A stretch of 64,000 bases of DNA. Origin: Candidatus Falkowbacteria bacterium. GTDB lineage: Bacteria > Patescibacteriota > Patescibacteriia > Patescibacteriales > WJLG01. Where the stretch lies: positions 203,592 to 267,591 of the forward strand of contig CAVVFV010000008.1 in NCBI GenBank assembly GCA_963747695.1, written 5' to 3'. Positions 58,021 through 64,000 of this stretch are shown here, piece by piece. The translations under genes were made by a program, and so were the position numbers. The notes below the pieces were generated by a model. It made no database searches and was not told the origin of the DNA. It saw nothing but the letters and a program-made list of their open reading frames with translations. Each line of letters opens with the position of its first letter. Within the stretch, counting starts at the first letter, position 1.

Positions 58021-58321
58021 AACTGCAAAATATAAATTTGGAAGGCGGAACTTTGTATGTTTTGACGGTGCAAGGAAACAATACTGCGCACTTGAATTTT
58101 AGCAATGGCACGCCCTTCCACGTGCTTCAGGCGGATAATTCATTCGCTCCGGCCACCAATAATATTCAGGTCGGCCCTGATTCCAGTATTCTTTTCTATA
58201 CCGATAACACGATCCAGCAAATCAAAGTACAGCTAATGCGGCGGCTCGCGCCAACGGCAACAATCAGAGTACGATTATTTTAAGGAAAGCCATTGTCAAT
58301 TATCATCTGGCTGACGGATGA
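58017..58321 (+). other. linker segment of the giant gene readable only by frame hopping (1 -> 0 -> 2 -> 0)
   Basis: Frame 0 gives KLQNINLEGGTLYVLTVQGNNTAHLNF...; frame 2 gives NAAARANGNNQSTIILRKAIVNYHLAD; both match the composition of the flanking protein. Confidence 0.5.
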
Positions 58322-61300
58322 TAATGGAGTCGATAAGAGCTCCTGCTCTCAGGGGGCCAATCCTTCGGCCGGCTGCGTTTATTTCAATGAAAGAAGCGTC
58401 TTGACCGGCACGGGCGGCTTCGAACCCTTGGCCAACAACATCGATCCTTGGAAAGATTATGGCATTCTCAATATCAATGCCGCGAGTTCGTTCAATCTGG
58501 CCAACGGTCCCTTGCCGATCAAAGTCAATCCGGATCGCGACTGCGCCCAGTGGCTCGCCTGCAAGAGTTATGTTCAGGATGCCAATACTAACAATAAAGT
58601 CTGTTTCGATATTGCCAATTGCAACCGCCTGGATGATTCCGGCAATTGCGCCAACTTCACGGTCCTGACCGACAACCAGCTCGGCAACCGCATTTTTCCT
58701 ACCTCGACCGCGGAAAATCTTGATACGATCAAGAATCTGACCGGCTATGTCCGGGTGGGTTATCCGACCGTCACTGCCTTTTCCGATTTGCGGAACATCC
58801 CGAGCGATCTGCTTAACCCCGGCGCCATGTCTCAAATCGGCAAGAATCTGATCGTGCCCAACGGCGATTTTGAATTAGCCATCGTCACTTCGACGCCGAT
58901 TAATGCCGGCGTGAACTGGATCGGTGACCCGTCCAATTGGACGCCTTACGGCGGCGGCATCGGCTGGACGCGGGATACGGCTGATTCGATGTTCGCGGTA
59001 ATTTCCGATCCGCAGACCGCGCAAAATTACGGTTTCTATACCGACCGGTCCAAAAGCGCCGATACTTATCCGATGATCGGCAAATCTTTCTTGCGCTATA
59101 ATGCCACCACTCCGGACGGCAGCTCGGATAATTTCCCTGTCTCGGACGTGATCAATGTCCAGCCCGGCCAGGATTATTATCTTAGTTTTTACGTCGATAC
59201 TTTCGGATTGAAAGACAATGATCCGAACAATAAAGCGGTCTATGCCGACATCAGAGTTCTTGATAGCAGCGGCGATGTGATCAGTTCGGTCCAGCAAGGC
59301 TATCAGGACGGCTGGGAATTGAAAACTCAAAAATTCACCGTCCCCAAAACCTCCAAAACTATCAAACTGCTTTTGGCGGCGACCGCCAATTCTTCCGGCA
59401 ATGTTTATGTCGACGATTTCGAGATCACGCCGGTGCTTTTGGCGCGCCAGGCTTCCAGCTATGTTGATTCATCAATCGGCAACGGCGGCCAGTCGGCGAA
59501 TATCCCCAACCTGTTTGACCGCCAGACCTGCCGGCTTTTCCCGCAGGAAAATTCTTTGTCCTGCGAATACACCGACGACGCTGGAATACTCCAGAAAGGC
59601 GACCGCGGCTATTGTCTGCAATATGATCACGCCCCAGGCGATCCGAACGCCTGCATCCTATGGTGGCCAATCGACCAAGTCAAAGGCGCCGGCATCCAGG
59701 CCAACCAAGCCGTCGGTTATGACGGCCGCTCGCCGCTGTATTACTGCACCAAGTCTCTCTTTACTAATTTATCCTATGCGCCAAGCGATTTGACTTTCGT
59801 TAATAGCGCCAGTTTTGTCTATAGCATTAACGGCAGCAATAACGGTGTTGGCGGTAATTCTTTATCGGGCGCCTTCGATGCCGATCCGAGCTGCAGTATT
59901 CTTGGCGAACTTTTTGGCAGTATTACCAGTATATTTACCGGCATCCCAAATCTTGCCGACGTTTTTAGTGCGAGCGGTTTTGACGGCGTTGATGTTAATA
60001 AGGGTCAGACATATGGCACGTTGGGCAACAGCACTCCTATGGTGCTGAACTATGGCACCAATGTTATCCAAGTTACTCTAAGTCACGAAAATGCCGGGGA
60101 TTGCAGCAAGCATAATCCTAACCTGTTTGATCTTTCGGGGAAATATCATTATTTAGATGGCGATCAAACGATAACTAAAAGTTTTGATTTTGCGCAGATG
60201 TACCAGGATTTGATGGTGAATGGGAGCACGAATAGTTGTAGCGATGATCCTTCAAAACCAATCTCCGGTTGTAAACAGGTCCAAACTTATTCTGACGGCA
60301 GCACCTTCCAGGCTCATTTTGGTTGTGGCGTCCGAGACGACAAAGATAGTGATGGTAATAGGGTAGGCGATGATAGTGTAAAAGTCTCTAATAATTTGAT
60401 TGATTATACTTATTGTAATCAAGACAAAGGTAGCGGAAACATAATTTTAACTTACACCTTTAATATTTCCAATAGTCCGGCTTGTGCCCAAGTAGCCCAA
60501 GTGGTTGATGCGAGCGGACGGAATGACGCCTGGACCGAAAGAGTCAGACAAGGGAGCTCTTATGATGAGGCTACTTGCAATAAAAATATGCCGACTTCGT
60601 TCTTCTTTTCACAGTACAATAGCAATCCGCCAATTTTTGCTTTTGCCTCGCCCAGTAGTAATCCAATATTCAGTGGTCAAACTGTTTCAACTAAACCAGC
60701 CGGCAGTCCGACCGGCAACATCTGCGCATCGACTGCCACCACTTCGCCGTTCGGCTCGGCCAATCCTCCGGCGGGAAATATAATTTTCTTGAGTGATCCT
60801 TCGCATTGGAAAAATCCTTTGCCTTACTGGTCAAGCACCACGGCGCTTAGCGCGCTTCAAGGTTCAATGGGCCAGCTTTATGCCAAGAATGATTTGAGCA
60901 ATCTTTTTGCCCAAAGCCTGGGCGTTTGGGATTGGTCGACCACGACCAACTCATATCTGCATGCCCCCGACGCGGAAGGCTGGACGGCGACGACGATCAG
61001 ATGCGACAACAATGTCCGGCCGGCCTGCTCGGCGACGACCAATTGCAATTGCGCCGTGGCGCCGACGGTTGCCAATCTTGATTTGAATGGCGCCGGCTCG
61101 GCCTATCTTTACGGGCGGGGATTTGTCAATCTGACATTCAATTCCACGGTCGACCCGGAGCAGGCGCCGCTCGCTTCTTATTCGATCGATTGGGGCGACG
61201 GCACCTCTTCAGTCCTTGATGTTTCCGGCGCCGATATGAACGCCCGTCCGCCCGGCACATCGCCGCATTCGGTCTATCACGCTTATGACTATTACGATCT

Positions 61301-61663
61301 CCTGAATAAATATAATAAAGGCGAAAATGACGGTGACGGCTACCGCACCCTGCCGACGTTATTCTGTGATGATACGAAATGCACCGTCAAGCCGCGAGTA
61401 AAAATAGTTGATAACTGGGGTTGGTGTTCGGAAGGAATAAATGGCAAATCTTGTCCGGTTATCAATATCACTGATCCGATTAATGGTGCGGGGTATTGTA
61501 TGAATTCAGCGGGAGATTACTATAGAACCGGTTCAGCGTTGCTGGAGCGATAACACCACGGGAATTACATCCCGGTAAAACCTGCACTGCTAATCCGTCC
61601 TATCCTTATTGTGATGATGGCTGGTATGAATCAGGCGGGCAGATAGTCATCTACAAACAATAA
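58293..61663 (+). CDS. giant cysteine-rich surface protein, segment 2, with the true C-terminus in the -1 frame after ~61532
   Basis: CBM-like module ending VYVDDFEITPV (58848-59435); PKD-like YSIDWGDGTS...HAYDY (~61075-61300); tail SVAGAITPRELHPGKTCTANPSYPYCDDGWYESGGQIVIYKQ ends TAA 61661-61663. Confidence 0.7.
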
Positions 61664-61725
61664 AAATAAAACCATAATTGATATTATGGCTTTTATTGAA
61701 TATTAGCCGAAATATTAATATTTTA

Positions 61726-61754
61726 TTGACCTTGGGATGAAAATATGCTATTAT
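61726..61754 (+). promoter_or_regulatory. sigma70-like promoter with extended -10
   Basis: TTGACC 61726-61731, 17-nt spacer ending TGc, TATTAT 61749-61754. Confidence 0.5.
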
Positions 61755-61842
61755 TATGACAGCAATTTATACCCCAAAAAGGTATAAAACGCACCTTGAA
61801 AAGTGAGAAGGAAAAAAAGTTTCAATTTAAAAAGGGAGGAAA

Positions 61843-63011
61843 ATGAAAAAGTATTAGTCACTCTGTTGTTGCTGGTCGCTTTCGCGGCCACGTCGTCGGC
61901 GATTGATTTATCAACCTGGCATGTTTTGAATATTCCGGGCACGGGCAGTTTGGGCGGCTCATACATTAAGAAAACCCAGATGGCACGGCATAATTGTCTG
62001 ACGCTGGAATGCTATCGATGCGTCGACCGGAAATTGCGCTAATCGGCAAAATTCCGGTTATGGGCGTTACGGTAAGGGACGTGGATTGGGACAGTCATAA
62101 AAATATTTGGGGTGCGACCAGCAATGGTTTGGTGCGTGTCGGTCTCAATGACACATCCACTTATCTGACCGCGGACGGAATGCCCAGCAATTATCCGTGC
62201 GAACGATCGAGTGCGATTCCGCTAATAATCGTTTAATCATCGGATCGACTGATAACGGTATGGCGATCATCAAACAGGACGCATCCGGCAAGCCCCTTTC
62301 GTTTCAGAATGTTTTTGCCGGGCAGGGTATCCAAAAAGTGGGAACCTATGTCCAGGAAATTTGGGGCGTAAACACGATGCGGGTTTATCATTATGATGGA
62401 TCGAACTGGATCACTTATGACACGGGCAGTTCAACTATCAGATTCCCGTTTGGCGCTTTTGTCGCCAAGAAACGGGAACGCCTATGTCGGAAGCGATAGT
62501 CGCGGTTAACGGTTATATCGCCGTTTTTGATCATCAATCCGGTTTGTGGAGCAAAATTATTCCTGACTCCGGCGTCACCCACGGCTCGACTATTCCCAGT
62601 CTCGTAGTGGACAACCAGAACGCGCTTTGGTTTACGTGTGCGAAATATCTGGTGCGGATTGATTTGACCACGATGAAAAACGAACGGATTCCGCTCGACG
62701 GCAGTGTTGTTCCTTGTCTGAATAACACGATCATGGGGTCAGTTGATCCTGTGCTCGGCCTTACCGACGATGGCAATCTGCTGATTGCGGCCTATGCTGC
62801 GATCGTCGAAGTTAAAAGCTCTAATGCTGTCCTATGGCATCCGACGCTTGCGCCGAAAGTCGCCCGCGGCAGTTTCCAGATCATCGGTCAGATCAACCCC
62901 TTGGGCCGAATGATCAAATCCTTCTCACCGAATTCGGTTTCCGGAGTCAGCTTTACGCTGATCCGGACAGCCGAAGGAATGAAGGCGGTCAAAACGCTTA
63001 TCGCTCGATAA
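61843..63011 (+). pseudogene. exported beta-propeller-like repeat protein, at least 4 frame breaks as assembled
   Basis: ATG 61843 behind SD agggagg; signal peptide MKK-VLVTLLLLVAFAATSSA needs one more A in A5 61846-61850; track pieces 61803-62042, 61994-62236, 62197-62499 and 62484-63011 concatenate; NIWGATSNGLVRV-type blades. Confidence 0.6.
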
Positions 63012-63030
63012 GCCTCCGCCAAATTGTACG

Positions 63031-63067
63031 GAGCCCAGACACATCGTGTCCGGGCTCTCTTTTTTTA
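63031..63067 (+). terminator. rho-independent terminator
   Basis: gagcccagacac / gtgtccgggctc stem + T-run. Confidence 0.8.
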
Positions 63068-63123
63068 CATAGAACATGGATCATGGAGCATAGAGCAAGG
63101 ATCAAGGATCATCAAACAACCGG

Positions 63124-63217
63124 TTTGGCTATGGCAGAGTCTCTCGCTTCGGGGACTCTGCCGGATTTGGCGAGTTCGGCGGTATAGTCCGCTTCGCGAG
63201 ACTCTGCCGAGGCCAAA
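63124..63217. repeat. GC-rich nested hairpin unit, homologous to 26751-26836
   Basis: tttggctatggcagagtctc..ggactctgcc ... gactctgccgaggccaaa; flanked by word arms catagaacatgg... (63068-63112) / ...ctatgttctatg (63235-63264). Confidence 0.75.
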
Positions 63218-63384
63218 AAGCATTTTTTTTGTCACGTTCTATGCTCTTTGCTCTATGTTCTATGCCCTTTTTCCCTATTCATTTTTTTTATCGATTATGT
63301 TATAATTAGGGCAGTAAAATGTGCAGGTAACTACCCGTTTTTTTTGGTATTTATCGCGCCATTTTTCCGATTTTTTTATCTTCG

Positions 63385-63449
63385 GTAGGAACGCAATACT
63401 TTGCGTTCCGCCGATCGAACCGATTGAACGCGAAGTATCGCGTTCCTAC
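63385..63449. repeat. double-hairpin palindrome (ggaacgc words)
   Basis: gtaggaacgcaatactttgcgttcc ... gaacgcgaagtatcgcgttcctac. Confidence 0.6.
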
Positions 63450-63468
63450 GCATTGAACAAGTAATCGC

Positions 63469-64000
63469 ATGGCCAATAATAATTTAGAATTACCGAATCA
63501 GCGGACGCTGGCGCCCGATCAAGAATCGGCCGCCGCCCGACGATTGGCGCGGGAAAGATTGGGTGCAGCAGCCGGACCCGAAGGAGGAAATAGAGTGGGC
63601 GCTGCCGAAGCTTTGAAGAGGGTCGCGGGAAATGAGAACCAAACTCAAGCGATAACCGGCGGCGTAAGTCTTGGGTTAGATTTAAGACGGCAAATAAATG
63701 AGACTAATTTTGATAGCGGAACTTTTCACGTTGTCTTGCTGTTATCGATCATTAAAGATTTGGCCAATATCTTGACCTTGGGAACATTCGGGACACTGCT
63801 GAATTTTGCGGTTACGCCGGCGCTCTTCATTATTTTTTTTATGCGCGGCTCGCTGATTGCCAGAACCTTGATCAAATGGTTTGTTTGGCCGATGGTCGTT
63901 GAATTCATTCCGTTTTTAGATTTTTTTCCAATGTATGTCGTAATGACCCTCTTGCTTAAATATAAGATGGACAAGAAAAGAAAGGAATTGCAGCAACAGT
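63469..64000 (+). CDS. hypothetical membrane protein, 5' fragment running off the right edge (absent from ORF track)
   Basis: Own translation MANNNLELPNQRTLAPDQES...FHVVLLLSIIKDLANILTLGTFGTLLNFAVTPALFIIFFM... has no stop through 64000. Confidence 0.5.
   Translation, partial: MANNNLELPNQRTLAPDQESAAARRLARERLGAAAGPEGGNRVGAAEALKRVAGNENQTQAITGGVSLGLDLRRQINETNFDSGTFHVVLLLSIIKDLANILTLGTFGTLLNFAVTPALFIIFFMRGSLIARTLIKWFVWPMVVEFIPFLDFFPMYVVMTLLLKYKMDKKRKELQQQ

Overview
This 64-kb window looks like part of a streamlined, AT-leaning bacterial genome of the Candidate Phyla Radiation/Patescibacteria type. That placement is an inference from gene content: a two-helix T4SS-pilin-like protein, several GT-C membrane glycosyltransferases, truncated housekeeping proteins, and PFOR plus acetate metabolism. 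The standard genetic code applies, because RF2 is present and conserved genes end in TGA.

Gene order, left to right:
- SF1 helicase fragment, two SLT-type transglycosylases, alaS.
- infA-rpmJ-rpsM-rpsK-rpsD-rpoA-rplQ, then rplM-rpsI.
- A four-gene accessory insertion (zeta-toxin-like kinase and others).
- murI, prfB, comEC.
- Four polytopic GT-C-like membrane proteins.
- An acs ... Pat-like acetyltransferase cassette bracketed by ~0.3-kb direct repeats.
- A TPR-glycosyltransferase, murJ, lepA, recJ, rnhA.
- A minus-strand porG-porD-porA-porB operon, split by a disrupted cysteine-rich pilin-like gene.
- A DsbA-like oxidoreductase, xth, leuS, an MFS transporter, rsmA.
- A surface-protein locus with one ~2,780-aa cysteine-rich gene.

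I recognised no rRNA, tRNA, CRISPR array, transposase or integrase.

Most interesting observations:
1. A Nudix hydrolase domain is embedded inside the LeuRS editing region.
2. Small GC-rich hairpin elements are inserted in frame into comEC (twice, in opposite orientation), leuS, xth and a glycosyltransferase. This resembles the Rickettsia palindromic elements.
3. Almost every intergenic spacer is a 'word palindrome'. Several families have a 3' arm that runs straight into the next start codon.
4. At least 16 single-base frame disruptions lie right of ~36.5 kb, including in essential genes. None were seen to the left. Assembly error is the likeliest cause and should be resolved before any pseudogene call.

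All domain calls come from motif recognition by eye. No searches were run.
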